Source: Octopus vulgaris (Eukaryota). Taken from it: a DNA stretch of 64,000 bases. The DNA lies in the NCBI GenBank assembly GCA_951406725.2, contig OX597815.1, positions 195,982,001-196,046,000 of the forward strand. The letters are read 5' to 3'. The notes under the pieces were generated by a model that saw only the letters and a list, made by a program, of their open reading frames with translations, made no database searches and was not told the origin of the DNA. Of the stretch, positions 11,819 through 25,441 are shown piece after piece. Both the position numbers and the translations under genes were made by a program. The first letter of the stretch is position 1, and every line of letters starts with the position of its first letter.

Positions 11819-12052
11819 AAAGCGGCGAGCTGGGAGAAACGTTAGCAGGCCAGGCGAAATGCGTAGCTGTATTTCGTCTGCCGTTACGTTCTGGGTTCAA
11901 ATTCCGCCGAGGTCGACTTTGCCTTTCACCCTTTCGGGGTCGATAAATTAAGTACCAGTTACGCACTGGGGTCGATATAATCGACTTAATCTGTTTGTCT
12001 GTCATTGTTTATCCCCTCTGTGTTTAGCCTCTTCTGGGCAGTAAAGAAATAT
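11819..12052 (+). mobile_element. SINE family B, full length
   Basis: gcggcgagctgg head, B box gggttcaaattcc, gccgaggtcgactttgcctttcaccctttcggggtcgataaattaagtaccag core, tail gtaaagaaata. Confidence 0.9.
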
Positions 12053-12358
12053 ATATTGACAAACATGTATATTCACATGTTCCAACAGATATACTCGTGC
12101 CTATTTCCAAGCAAACACATGGACATATTCATGCATATATTATTTAATTTATTGTTGACTCTTCGTTTAGATCGCTTGTTCAAGTAGAATGATACACGAA
12201 AATACGTTAGATTTTGATTGGGTATGTCTATATTGGAGTATTACCAATTTTCTTGCATGTAAAACGTGTCTTCTGATGAGTGCATGCATGGTGGTCTCTG
12301 CTTTCGGGAATTTCTCAAAGTGAGTTAGTGCATTATGATTATGCATTATTATATCATG

Positions 12359-12557
12359 GGGAGAGTTCACGAAAAAAACAAAAGACGAAGACAGGTGGTG
12401 TACAAAACAAAGAGATGTATTAGTATAACGCTCAGGAATTGAAAAGGTCTTTTACGTTTTGAGCCTACGCTCTTCTACAGAAAGGGACACAGAAAAAACC
12501 GAAAGAAACAAAGTGAGAAAAATATGTGTGTAGTGGCTACCGATCTATCATGTCGAT
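12359..12557 (-). mobile_element. PLE-like element family H2 with a variant hammerhead at 12449-12484
   Basis: Minus strand CTTT-CTGTAGA-A-GAGC-GTAG-GCTC-AAA-ACGT-A-AAAG; the core is mutated in this copy. Confidence 0.7.
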
Positions 12558-13358
12558 TATTATATCATAAGTTATACATACGTGAGATACCACTGACTGA
12601 GTGTTTTTAAAAATATTATGTACCTAATTCTACAGACACAAAACATTCTTAAAGTGTGATGTGGTGTTTCTTCTTATATCATGTATTTCCTATAGCATAC
12701 AGAATATCGTTATCTGAAAACTATTACAAAAATTTGAAGGTTAGACTATATAGTTCATTCATCGTGTAGTTATTTTCAGCAAAGACATTCGGACTGTACA
12801 GTATGTTTTCAGGTTATTTAACAACCTGTAGGATTCAGCGGCGAAGCTGAGGCACTGGGGGGCTGGTTTATGAATATTCATTAATAGTATTCTTAATTAG
12901 AATTATGCATACATGAAAACATGCCAATAAAGCAAGCTCGGATTTATACTATTTTTGTAAACGCATATTTTAACGACATGATATTCAAAGTAGGCGCTTT
13001 CAAATATCCTTTGCCAAAATACTTGGCTATATTACTTTCGTCCCAAGTGCCAAGTAAGTTCTTTAAGACTGCATTTTTCACGTTCTTTGAAACAAGGACT
13101 TTATTGCAAAAGATTATGTTTACAATTTATGTATATGAGCATGGACATAAGTATCTATGTATGTGTATACAAAACTGCATATATACGTGTGTATGTGTGT
13201 GTATGTGTCTACGTGTGCGCGTATGTATATATGTATGTGTGTATGTGTGCGTGTATGTATATACATGTTTATATCATGTATATGTGTATACATTATATAC
13301 ACAGTATAATGCTTATATATGAATTCTTATACTGGTGTAGCTGTATATTCAAGAAACA

Positions 13359-13765
13359 TTTACTCTTTTACTCTTTTACTTGTTTCAGTCATGTGACTGG
13401 GGCCATGCTAGAGCGCCGCCTTTAGTCGAGCAAATCGATCCCAAGACTTATTCTTTGTAAGCCTAGTACTTATTCTATCGGTCTCTTTTGATGAATCGCT
13501 AAGTTATGGGGACGTAGACACACCAGCATCGGTTGTCAAGCGATGTTGGGGGAACAAACACAGACACACAAACATATACACACACATACATATATATACA
13601 TATATACGACGTTTTCAGTTTTCATATACCAAATCCACTCACAAGGCCTTGGTCGGCTCGAGGCTATAGTAGAAGACACTTGCCCAAGGTGCCACACAGT
13701 GGGACTGAATCCAGAACCATGTGGTTGGTAAACAAGCTACTTACCACACAGTCATTCCTACGCCT
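13359..13765 (-). mobile_element. SINE family A (tRNA head, CORE-like segment, internal microsatellite, LINE-like tail)
   Basis: Minus strand head aggcgtaggaatgactgtgtggtaag, B box variant gattcagtccc, ccttgggcaagtgtctt, (GTAAAAGA)n tail. Confidence 0.9.
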
Positions 13766-13825
13766 ATATATATATAAAAATGGCTGACGGTTAGTAAGGA
13801 GAGACACAAGTAAGTAGAAGAAAAG

Positions 13826-13915
<90 letters not shown>

Positions 13916-14287
13916 CTAATATAGACATTATTATATGTAACCATTTGTGTCACCTTATAAGGAAGGAAACTTTCAAACTACAGGTAAATATTTGTACTTT
14001 GGTATCACAGGTATATCAGTGGATTCTAGCTGGTGTCATTTGTTTTTAAAAGGATTATCTAAAACAGTCTGTGAAGTGTTGCACCAAAGCTTTCAATACA
14101 ATTTGAATTTTTTTCATGCCAGTTCGAAAAGTATGCTTACCATAGGCGCAGGAGTGGCTGTGTGGTAAGTTGATTAGAAAGTTTCTATTAAGGAACAATT
14201 AACAGAAAACAGAACATGTGCTATATTTTTTATTGTTGTAGACTCGAAGACTGGGCCGAGAAGCCACCTCAAGAAAACTGAATTTTT

Positions 14288-14677
14288 CATGTGATATTTC
14301 ACCTGGTCTACTTCATTATATATTACAGAGTTTCCTATCAGATCTTCATTCGATCTATGCAGATATATATGTATGTATGTATGTATGTATTTATGTATGT
14401 ATGTATGTATGTATGTATGTATGTATGTATGTATGTATGTATGTATATGTGTGTGTGTGTATGCGTCTGTGTGTTTAATATACTATTTTACTTGTGTCAG
14501 TAGTGGAGCAAATCGACCCCAGGATTTATTCTTTGGGAGCCTAGTACTTCATGTGATATTTCACCTGGTCTACTTCATTATATATTACAGAGTTTCCTAT
14601 CAGACAAAGGAAGAAATCAAGAGACAACGTTTTTGGAATGTCTAAAAACTCTGTTGGTCTTCATTCGATCTATGCAG

Positions 14678-14712
<35 letters not shown>

Positions 14713-14868
14713 TTTATGTATGTATGTATGTATGTATGTATGTATGTATGTATGTATGTATGTATATGTGTGTGTGTGTATGCGTCTGTGTGTTTAATAT
14801 ACTATTTTACTTGTGTCAGTAGTGGAGCAAATCGACCCCAGGATTTATTCTTTGGGAGCCTAGTACTT
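14288..14868. repeat. Local tandem duplication (14288-14549 and 14550-14868)
   Basis: Near-identical units including the same interrupted (GTAT)n tract. Copy 1 lacks the 53 bp found at 14605-14657. Confidence 0.85.
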
Positions 14869-14982
14869 ATTGTATCGATCTCTTTTGCCGAACTGCTAAG
14901 TTACGGGGACGTAAACACACCAACATCAAGTGATGTTGGGGGGACAAACACAGACACACAAACATACACAGACACACACACG

Positions 14983-15016
<34 letters not shown>

Positions 15017-15183
15017 CATATATACACAATGGGCTTCTTTCAGTTTCCGTCTACCAAATCCACTAACAAGGTTTTTGGTCGGCCCGAGGCTATAGTAGAA
15101 GACACTTGCCCAAGGTGCCACGCAGTGTGAATGAACCCGGAACTATGTGGTTGGTAAGCAAGCTATTTACCACACAGCCACTC
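14802..15183 (-). mobile_element. SINE family A
   Basis: Same body as 13359-13765; the head abuts the Helitron at 15197. Confidence 0.88.
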
Positions 15184-15196
15184 ATACTTATAAGTA

Positions 15197-15582
15197 TCTC
15201 TCTCTATATAAACGGCAGTTTGTCTGTGCGTGTTTCTGTGTGTCTGTTTGCTTGTACCCTTACCCTGACCACGGCTTTCAACCGATTCTGATGAAACTTG
15301 ACACACACATAGCCCAATGTCATAATTCAAAACTAACGCAGCGAAAATTTTGAAAAGTTCCCCCAGTTCTGAAAAAAATCGATAAATTCGACATGGGGTC
15401 GAGAATCTGAAACCCAAACCACAGACCGTCTAGGGGACGCAACTCCACCTTTTTTAACCCTTAAAAAAAAATTTACCATCATTTTTTTTCCATTTTTTTG
15501 CTATTTTTTGGCTATAACTCTCTAAAAATGCTTTATAGTTATTTCCCTTACAAACCTGAGCAACGCCGGGCGATACTGCTAG
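15197..15582 (+). mobile_element. Non-autonomous Helitron
   Basis: 5' TC, subterminal hairpin cctgagcaacgccggg, 3' CTAG, inserted between A and T with no TSD. Near-identical copy at 52691-53072. Confidence 0.88.
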
Positions 15583-15727
15583 TACAACATAAAAAACCTT
15601 TCAACTGCAAAAAGAGCAAAAAAATTGCAGATTTTATTGATATCGATTTTACATTCTCTCTGTCTTTCTTTTATTCTTTCTTTGTTTCTCATTCTCCCTT
15701 TCTCATACTCTGTCTGACTTTCACATT

Positions 15728-15801
15728 TCTCTCTCTCTCTCTATCTCTCCCTCTCTCTTCGTCTCTCTCTCTCTTCGTATCTCTCTCTCTTTCTCTCTCT
15801 C

Positions 15802-15837
<36 letters not shown>

Positions 15838-16340
15838 GTATCTCTCTCTCTCTTTCTCTCTCTCTCTTCATCTCTCTCTCTTCTCTCTCTCTCTCTCTCT
15901 TTCCTCTCTCTCTCTCTCTCTTCGTCTCTCTCTCTGACTTCTCTCTCTCTCTCTCTCTTTCTCTCTCTTCGTATCTCTCTCTCTCTTCTCTCTCTTCATC
16001 TCTCTCTCTTTCTCTCTCTTTCTCTCTCTTCCTCTCTCTCTCTCTCTCTTCTCTCGTCTCTCTCTCTCTGACTTCGTCTCTCTCTCTCTTTTCTCTCTTT
16101 TCGTCTCTCTTTCTTTCTTTCTTCGTTTCTCTCTCTTCATCTCTCTCTCTTCGTCTCTCTCTCTCTCTTCGTCTTTCTCTCTCTTCGTCTCTCTCTCGCT
16201 CTTCGTCTCTCTCTCTTTCGTCTCGTCTCTCTCTCTCTTCGTCTTCTCTCCTTCTCTTCGTCTCCTTCTCTTCGTCTCTCTCTCGCTCTTCGTCTCTCTC
16301 TCTCTCTCTCTCTCATCTCTCTCTCTTTCTCTCTCTTCCT
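15728..16340. repeat. Degenerate (CT)n / TTCGTC(TC)n polypyrimidine tract
   Basis: Direct inspection. Confidence 0.95.
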
Positions 16341-16707
16341 CTCTCTTTATGTGTCTCTCTTCTTTTCCCCCTCTGCCGCAACACGTCACTTTGTATTATT
16401 CCATCGATTAATCGATTTACCCCTTCCACTAAATTCGCGCCCTTTTGCCTGTGTGAAAAAATCACTATTTCATTGTTGACACTCAAAAATTAAAGCAGAC
16501 ACACTGGGATTCGACAAGCTCAGACACACGGACGCACACACGCAGACATATACACACACATACTCATGTATGAATTTATGTGGATAGGTAGATAGGTAGA
16601 CAGGCAGGCAGGTAGATGGATAGAAAAATAGATAGATAAATAAATAGGTAGATAGATAGACAGATAGATAGATAGTTAGATAGACAGACAGGTACATGGA
16701 TGGACAA

Positions 16708-16770
<63 letters not shown>

Positions 16771-17176
16771 TACAGAGAAACAGGTAGATAGACAGATTGA
16801 GAGACATATAGACAGAACGATATACTTACATACATACATGCATGCATATATGCACTCACGTACACATGTACATATGTGTGTGTGCGTATATGTGTATGCA
16901 TATACATATACGTATGTGCATATGCACGCATGTACACATATACGTACATATACATATACACCTATATATATAATCAGCCGAAATTGCTAAGATGATCTGG
17001 TTCTTGACTGATGACTGAGGGCTTCGAATGTCCCGTCCTGTGGTTCTTGTGTCGTCTCTTTGGTGTTTCATGTTCTTGTCCATGTCTGTAATTATTTTTA
17101 CTGTTTACATATACATATATATACGTATATATATGTATGTATATATACATACACATGTATATATGTGTGTATATAT

Positions 17177-17262
<86 letters not shown>

Positions 17263-17406
17263 CTACACACACACATGTATGGATTAATTAACAGTGCATG
17301 ATGCATTACATAGCGTGTTTTAAATAATTTAAAATATAATGTATGCCTTTTAAACAGCACATACACTTTAAAAGGTGTATTCAAAAGGTATACCGTACAC
17401 TTTAAT

Positions 17407-17446
<40 letters not shown>

Positions 17447-17779
17447 ATACACACACAAACACTAGCAAGTACACGCATACACACACACAAACACTAGCAA
17501 GTTCACGCATATACACACAGACACACATTTTGCTTACAAACTTCATATTTTATCATAAGCTGTGTAAGATAGAACTTACTTCCAAATTTAAATATAAAAC
17601 ATTAATAAAACCTGAAAGGCAATAACTAAAATGAAAATAAGATTTAATAATTAACGAGTAGGGGGTTGGGGGTGGGGGAATATCCATCCTTGGGGTGGTT
17701 AATGGAGTAGTTTTATTAAGCATTCTCAAATTTTTGATCAATCACAGTTCAACGTTGTGAATAATTAATGAGATGTATC

Positions 17780-18674
17780 GACGTGTGTGTGTATTTGTGT
17801 GTGTGTGAATGTGTGTGAATGTGTGTGTGTGGATGTGTGTGTGTGAACGTGTGCGTGGATATGTGTCAGTAAATGTGTGTGTTTGAATGTGTGTGTGTGT
17901 GAATGTGTGTGTGAATGTGTGTGTGTGTGTGTGTGTGTGAATGTGTGTGTGAACGTGTGTGTGGATATGTGTCAGTGAATGTGTGTGTGTGAATGTGTGT
18001 GTGTGAATGTGTGTGTGAACGTGTGTGTGGATATGTTTCAGTGAATGTGTGTGTGTGAATGTGTGTGTTGTGAATGTGTGTGAATGTGTGTGAATGTGTG
18101 TGTGAATGTGTGTGTGTGTGAATGTGTGTGTGTGAATGTGTGTGTGAATGTGTGTGTGTGAATGTGTGTGTGAATGTGTGTGTGAATGTGTGAATGTGTG
18201 TGTGTGAATGTGTGTGTGTGAATGTGTGTGTGAATGTGTGTGTGTGTGAATGTGTGTGTGTGAATGTGTGTGTGAACGTGTGCGTGTGAATGTGTGTGTG
18301 TGTGAATATGTGTGTGAACGTGTGTGTGCGTGGTTATGTATCAGTGAATGTGTGTGTGTGAATGTGTGTGTCTGAATGTATGCGTGTGAATGTTTGTGAG
18401 TTTCAATCTGTGTGTGTTTGCATGTGTGTGTATTTGTGTGTATGTGAATGTGTGTGTGTGTGTGTGTGTGTGAACGTGTGTGAGCGTGTGGATATGTGTG
18501 AGTGAATGTGTGTGTTTGAATGTGTGTGTGTATGAATATGTCAGAACGTGTGTGTGAACATGTGTGTGTGTGTGTGTGTCAGTGAATGTGTGTGTGTGTG
18601 CGTCTGAATGTATGCGTGTGAATGTTTGTTAGTTTCAATCTGTGTGTGTTTGCATGTGTGTGAATGTGTGTGTT

Positions 18675-18726
<52 letters not shown>

Positions 18727-18936
18727 CATGTGTCAGCGTGTGGATATGTGTGAGTGAATGTGTGTGTGTGTTTGAATGTGTGTGTGAATGCGTTTTTGCG
18801 CGTGTGTGTGTGAACATGTGTGAGTGGATGTGTGTGAATGTGTGTGCGAATATGTGACTATCAATGTTTGTGTTTGAATGTAAGTCAATGTGTGTGTGAT
18901 AATATGTATGTGTGTATGAATGTGTGAATGTGTGAA

Positions 18937-18968
<32 letters not shown>

Positions 18969-18970
18969 TA
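17780..18970. repeat. Compound GAAT(GT)n satellite
   Basis: Direct inspection; higher-order blocks such as gaacgtgtg.gtggatatgtgtcagtgaat recur. Confidence 0.95.
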
Positions 18971-19016
18971 CAGGTAGGCGTGAGGGAGAGAGAGCTTTGT
19001 TTTATCTACCTATTTA

Positions 19017-19251
19017 TTTACTCTTTTTACTCCTTTCTCCTTTACTTGTTTCAGTCATTTGACTGCGGCCATGCTGGAGCACCGCCTTTAATCGAGCAAC
19101 TCGACCCCGGGACTTATTCTTTTGTAAGCCCAGTACTTATTCTATCGGTCACTTTTGCCGAACCGCTAAGTTACGGGGGACATAAACACACCAGCATCGG
19201 CTGTCAAGCAATGCTAGGGGAACAAACACAGACACACAAACACACACACAT

Positions 19252-19306
<55 letters not shown>

Positions 19307-19472
19307 TGCGACGGGCATCTTTCAGTTTCCGTCTACCAAATCCACTCACAAGGCTTTGGTCGGCCCGAGGCTATAGTAGAAGACACTTGCCCAAGGTGCC
19401 ACACAGTGGGACTGAACCCGGAACCATGTGGTTGGTAAACAAGCTACTTACCACACAGCCACGCCTGCACCT
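19017..19472 (-). mobile_element. SINE family A, full length
   Basis: Complete head-to-tail match to 54957-55386. Confidence 0.92.
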
Positions 19473-19667
19473 ATACTTGATTTCTTTCTTTTTCTTTTCT
19501 TTTTGTTTTTGTTTTTTTTTCTCTTTTAAATATTGCTTCGTTTGAAACTCCCCCGTTTTGTCTATTCGCCGTTGAACCGTGGGTGATGGCTGTGACACTT
19601 CATCGATGCCGTCGTGGTTTGCCGTTTCATCACCACCGCCACCGCCATCACCATCACCATCATCAAT

Positions 19668-19705
<38 letters not shown>

Positions 19706-19780
19706 TATCATAATCACCTTTATTTTTAATATTATTTATTCGGTAAACACGCAGCAAATCTAACAGCACCAACGCTCACG

Positions 19781-19789
<9 letters not shown>

Positions 19790-19837
<48 letters not shown>

Positions 19838-20740
19838 CACATACACACGCGCACACACCTCTCTGTCTATCAATTACTGCCTCTTTCTCTCTTTTACCCC
19901 CGCTCTCTCTGTCTCTCTGCACACACACATACACACGCACACACACCTCTCTGTCTATCAAATACTGTCACTCTCTCTCTCTCTCTCACTTTGTCTCTCT
20001 CTCTTTCTCTCTTCATGCACACAGACATTCATACACATGCACGCACACAAACACACGCCGCGTACACACCTCTCTGTCTATCAATTACTGTTGCTCTCTC
20101 TCTCTCTCTTTCACCCTCTCTCTCTTTGCACACACACATATGCACACACGCATACACGCGCGCACATTTCTCTGTCTATCAATTACTATCGCTCCCTTTT
20201 GCCCCCTCTCTCTCTCTTTGCACACACACACACACACATATGCACACACACATACATTCGCACACGCACCTCTCTGTCTATCAATTACTGCCTCTCTCTC
20301 ATTCACCCTCGCGCTCTCTTTCTCTCTGCACAAACACACATATGCACACGCACATACACACGCATACACACCTCTCTGATTATCAATTACTCTCTCTCTC
20401 TCTCTCTCTCTCTTTCACCCTCACTCTTTCTTTCTCTCTGCATGCACACACACGTACACACGCATATGCACCTCTATGTCTATCAATTACTACCCCTCTC
20501 TCTCTTTCACCCTCGCTCTCTCTGTCTCTGTGCACACACACATACACGCACACGCACCTCTCTGTCTATCAGTTACTACCTCTCTCTCTTTCACCCTCGC
20601 TCGTGTGTATGTGTATGTGTGTATACACACATACACACTCGCACACACCTCTCTGTCTATCAATTATTGCCTCTCTCTCTCTTTCACTCTCTGCACACAC
20701 ACACATACACACACACACGCACCTCTATGTCTATCAGTTA

Positions 20741-20773
<33 letters not shown>

Positions 20774-20810
20774 TCTTTTCACCCCTCTCTCTCTTTCTCT
20801 CCCTGTATAC
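19790..20810. repeat. Minisatellite with units of about 75-110 bp (cctctctgtctatcaattact + CT tract + CA tract), about 10 copies
   Basis: The anchor motif recurs regularly from about 19858 to about 20722. Confidence 0.9.
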
Positions 20811-21336
20811 GCATGCGAATGGCCTGCTGAATATCACTTACAATATAAGAGTGAGCAATGCGAGCCGAGTCGCAAGTTAACATTTAATAAATTATATTAA
20901 CTTGAGTCATTTATATATTCACCTCTTTGTTAAAAATCCTTGGACAACTTTTTCCAGGTATTGTATTTTCAAATGTTTTGCATTTCGTTTTTGATTTTAC
21001 CATTGCTGTTTTTTTTTTGTTTTTTTTTTTAATATCATCTCACAGTCTTTCCAGTTTATTTCAGTTTTTTAAACGCATATTTCATAATTAATGAATGAAT
21101 GATAACGATTGATATCTCTCAAGGGTCATTTATTTATGATATATATATATATAAAAGTGTTGGGTTTAAAAGCATTTTGTCTTTGTTCTGTGTCATTAAC
21201 AACTGAACCTGGTGGATGGGAGGGAGTACTGGTAAGCCCTGAATTTTTTTTATATTTTTATATCGATGCAAAATGTGTATGCGCAGGTGCGTGTATATGT
21301 CTGTGTATGTGTGTCTGTGTCTATATGTGTGTGTCC

Positions 21337-21375
<39 letters not shown>

Positions 21376-22080
21376 TGTGTGTGTGTGTGTGTGTATGTGT
21401 GTGTACGTGTGTGTGTGTATGTGTATGTACGTGTGTGTGTGTGTGTGTCTGCGCGTGTGTAGGTATCTATATCTCTTGCTGAAATTCTGAAATATGAACT
21501 TGCATATAGAATACACACAAATAAGTGTACAGGCTCCCTTTCTCTCACTTTCCGTTCTTTTTCTTCTTCTTTTTTTGTTTTGTACCTCGTTACACACACG
21601 TGCACACACATACAGGCACAGACACACACACACACCTAATACACGCATACTTAAACTGACACACACTTACTTCCTCTCTCTCTCTTTCTCACTCTCACTC
21701 TCTCTCTCACTCACTCTCTTTCACTAGCCTTCACTTCTCTCTCTTTCATTCACTCTCTCACATTATTAAATCTGTCTAATTAATCGCTCTTCTCTTCTTT
21801 CTCTCTCTTCATCTCACCCAGTTTCACACGCACATGCTCATTTCATTTTGCTCTTTGCTCTACTATATTTGTTCTCCTGTTTCTCTTTCTCCTCTCCACA
21901 TCATTGTCATCTGGCACCTCACATAAACACAGATGCAACATGAGCTAACGGTAGAAAGAGCCTTTCTTACGCGGTATTTCGTCATGATAACATAACAAAT
22001 AAATTTTACTTAAATCCATCTCTAAGACCTTCAATAAAACGGGCGAAGTAAGAGCTTATTACATAATACAGTTTTATATA

Positions 22081-22316
22081 TATTTCTTTACTACCCACAA
22101 GGGGCTAAACACAGAGGGGACAAGCAAGGACAAGACAAACGGATTAAGTCGATTACATCGACCCCAGTGCGTAACTGGTACTTAATTTATCGACCCTTGA
22201 AAGGATGAAAGGCAAAGTCGACCTCGGCGGAATCTGAACTCAGAACGTAACGGCAGACGAAATACAGCTACGCATTTCGCCCGGTGTGCTAACGTTTCTG
22301 CCAGCTCGCCGCCTTT
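22081..22316 (-). mobile_element. SINE family B, full length, with 15-bp TSD
   Basis: TSD atacagttttatata at 22066-22080 and 22317-22331. Confidence 0.93.
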
Positions 22317-22804
22317 ATACAGTTTTATATACATCATCTCTTAACACAGTAAATAAAATAAAATATTATACGGGATGGCTATGGATGGCATGCATTTCAT
22401 CATAGGATTACTTACAACAGAACTGACCTGGGTTTAAATAACAACCACAGGATCAACAGTAAATATATTTGTATGGTAAAATTAATATTTTCTCAATAAC
22501 TATAGATCATTGCTTTTAGGGAAAAAGAAATAAGTTTGAAGTCTGCTCACATCTATACCCCGCGGTCCTTTTTTGTACACGTATGGAACTGTCTGGGAGA
22601 GAGAGAGAGAGACACTCGGCATCTCTTATATGCAACGTAGCCGTGTGGTGGTGGTGGTGGTGGAAGGAAATTTACGGAGGTTATTGTTAGTAATATTATA
22701 CAAGCGAATCCAAACACACAGTCTTCAATGACGCAACGTTAAAGCATACCACCACCACCACCACCACCACTATAACTACTGCTACTACTGCTGCTACTAC
22801 TAAT

Positions 22805-23191
22805 TTTTTACAGAGGCGCAAGGGTCTGAAGTTTAAGGAAGGGGGTCTGTTTTGTCGATTTTTATCGACCCCAGAAAAATGATCACGCCGAGGGTCATCA
22901 ACGAGATTTGAACACAGAACGCGACGAGCCAAAATAAAAAGTGTGAATGGCATACTGTCCGACTCTCAATAATAATAATAATAATAATAATATCAACAAT
23001 CGTAATTATAATAATAATTCTTTTTATTAGAAGCATAAGGTTTAAAATCTTGGTTGAGGGTGAAACGCAAAATCGACCTCGGTGGAATTTGAACTCACAA
23101 CGCAAAAACCTGTAGAAATGCCGCAAAACATTTTCTCCTACGTGCTCACGATACAGTCGCCGTCGTAATAATAATAATAATAATAATAAAG

Positions 23192-23278
<87 letters not shown>

Positions 23279-23300
23279 GATAATAATAATAATAATAAAG

Positions 23301-23367
<67 letters not shown>

Positions 23368-23601
23368 TCCTGTCTACTATAGGCACGAAGTCTGAAATTT
23401 TGGGGAGGGGGACAGTCGATTCCATCGACCCCAGTGCGTAACTGGTACTTATTTAATCGACCCCGAAAGGATTAAAGGCAAAGTCGACCTCGGCGGAATT
23501 TGAACTCAGAACGTAGCGGCAGACGAAATACTGCTAAGCATTTCGTCCAGCGTGCTAACGTTTCTGTCAGCTCACCGCCTTTGTAATAATAATAATAATA
23601 A

Positions 23602-23632
<31 letters not shown>

Positions 23633-23656
23633 AAGAAGAAGAAGAACAACAACAAC

Positions 23657-23715
<59 letters not shown>

Positions 23716-23764
23716 TAATAATAATATTAATAATAATAATAACAACAACAACAACAACAACAAC

Positions 23765-23824
<60 letters not shown>

Positions 23825-24003
23825 CTTTTCTACTACAGGTACAAGGCCTGAAAATTTGTGGGTGGGGACTAGTCGATTACATCGACCCCAGTATTTCACT
23901 GATACCTAATTTATGGACCTCGAAAGGATAAAATGTAAAGTCGACACCGGCGGAATTTGAACTCAGAACGAAAAAGCCGGAAGGAATACCGCAAAACCGC
24001 CTT
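22805..24003 (-). mobile_element. Cluster of four co-oriented family-B-variant SINEs separated by (AAT/AAG/AAC)n
   Basis: Copies at about 22805-22965, 23020-23165, 23367-23582 and 23825-24003, each with atttgaac(t)ca and tcgacc motifs. Confidence 0.8.
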
Positions 24004-24102
24004 TGTATCAGTAATAATAATATTGATAATACGTAACACAGAATCACCCACGTGCGACGTCCATGTGTATATGATATGTATGTGCATGTGTGAGGGCGTG
24101 CA

Positions 24103-24135
<33 letters not shown>

Positions 24136-25441
24136 GTGTATGTCGAGGGAGGGGTGAATTTGCATTGAATTACTTAAGAAGTTCACTTCACAAGCAAACA
24201 TTAGCTCTTCCGCATTCACTCCCCCGTAGGCTGCCCCTCGAGAAAATAACTTCGACTATAGCCTCGGTTTGAACCGAGCCATGCGAATAGATATAAGTTC
24301 ACGGATACTGCAGAAACTCGTCGGAGTGACTGCACCTACAAGTAAAGTCAAACAGCAGGCTTTGTCATATATATATACAATGTCACGTTGACTCTGACTG
24401 GGGAATGGATTTATTAAGGGTACAACGTTCGGCTCGGCGTGGAATATTGAAATATTCATTCTTATAACGCAAGATGGACTATTCTAATTCAAATTTAAAC
24501 GATCGTCAGTTCACACACTATATCGTGGATGCAACCCGAAGAAATTATTCAAGGGAATAAATATATGGAAAATACTTCGTCGCTAAACTATGATTTAATT
24601 TGATGAATTGTAGTTTCATAAATCGAAAGACTGGAACACCCAGTGAAGGAAATTGAAGCGAGATCCATTTACAATTTACCGTTTAAATATATAAGAACAA
24701 AGCGGATAAGTAACAGGTAATTGAAGGAATGTTTTTATCACCGTTCGAAAGAAGTTTACTGTTCAATAACACCCTTTAAGGTACAACCGACACATTTCCA
24801 AAATAACAATTTCTAACCAAGCGTGTGTTTGTCTCTCTCTCTCTCTCCCTCCTCTCCCCCTCACTCTGTCTGTCTGTCTATCTATCTATCTATCCCTCCT
24901 CTATACCTTTCTTTCCTTTCTCTCTCTCGCACTCCATCTCATACACTAAATATATATATATATATGTATATATATACATGACAATGTATTATAACATACA
25001 TGTATGTGTGCTTGTAGCTTTCTCTCCTTCTCTCTCTCTCTCTCTCTCAGACACACACGCACACAATCTCTCTCTTTCTCTCTCTATGTCTGTCTGAATC
25101 CACATATGTCGTATAATGTGTAATTATATCTTATATGTGTACGGGTGTGTTTAGGTATGTGTATCTGGCGGTGGAGTTACATGGAAAGTAACCAAATTCT
25201 AAGGAGGTATATGATTTTTCTGTTTTAATATGATATTTTCTCTCTTAACTTGAAACATTTTCTTTTAATAAATATAATCTCGATCGTATGCAAAAAAACG
25301 TTGAGATGTTGCACGAAGAAAAATTCATACAAAGAAGAGAGCAGTGCTGCACGGGGGAATTCTAACATATTGTTTTCATTTTTGTTCGTTTGTTTGAAAA
25401 TAGGAAACTAAAAAAAAAAGGGTGGGAAAAAACACCACTAA

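Noticed and set aside
12262-12290. Isolated ctgatga or cgaaacgt boxes (also at 17009, 35157, 39858, 61410)
   Set aside because: Only one of the two core boxes is present, or stems are missing.
15498-16493. 331-aa Ser/Leu-rich ORF and the antisense Arg/Glu-rich ORF
   Set aside because: Translation of the (CT)n tract; no coding signal.
19545-19772. Acidic poly-Asp frame DDDD...GDETANHDGIDEVSQPSPTVQRR
   Set aside because: Driven by an (ATC)n/(ACC)n repeat and runs into a SINE; no homology recognised.
19790-20810. CRISPR-like repeat-spacer appearance
   Set aside because: Spacers are related low-complexity tracts, there are no cas genes, and the context is eukaryotic.
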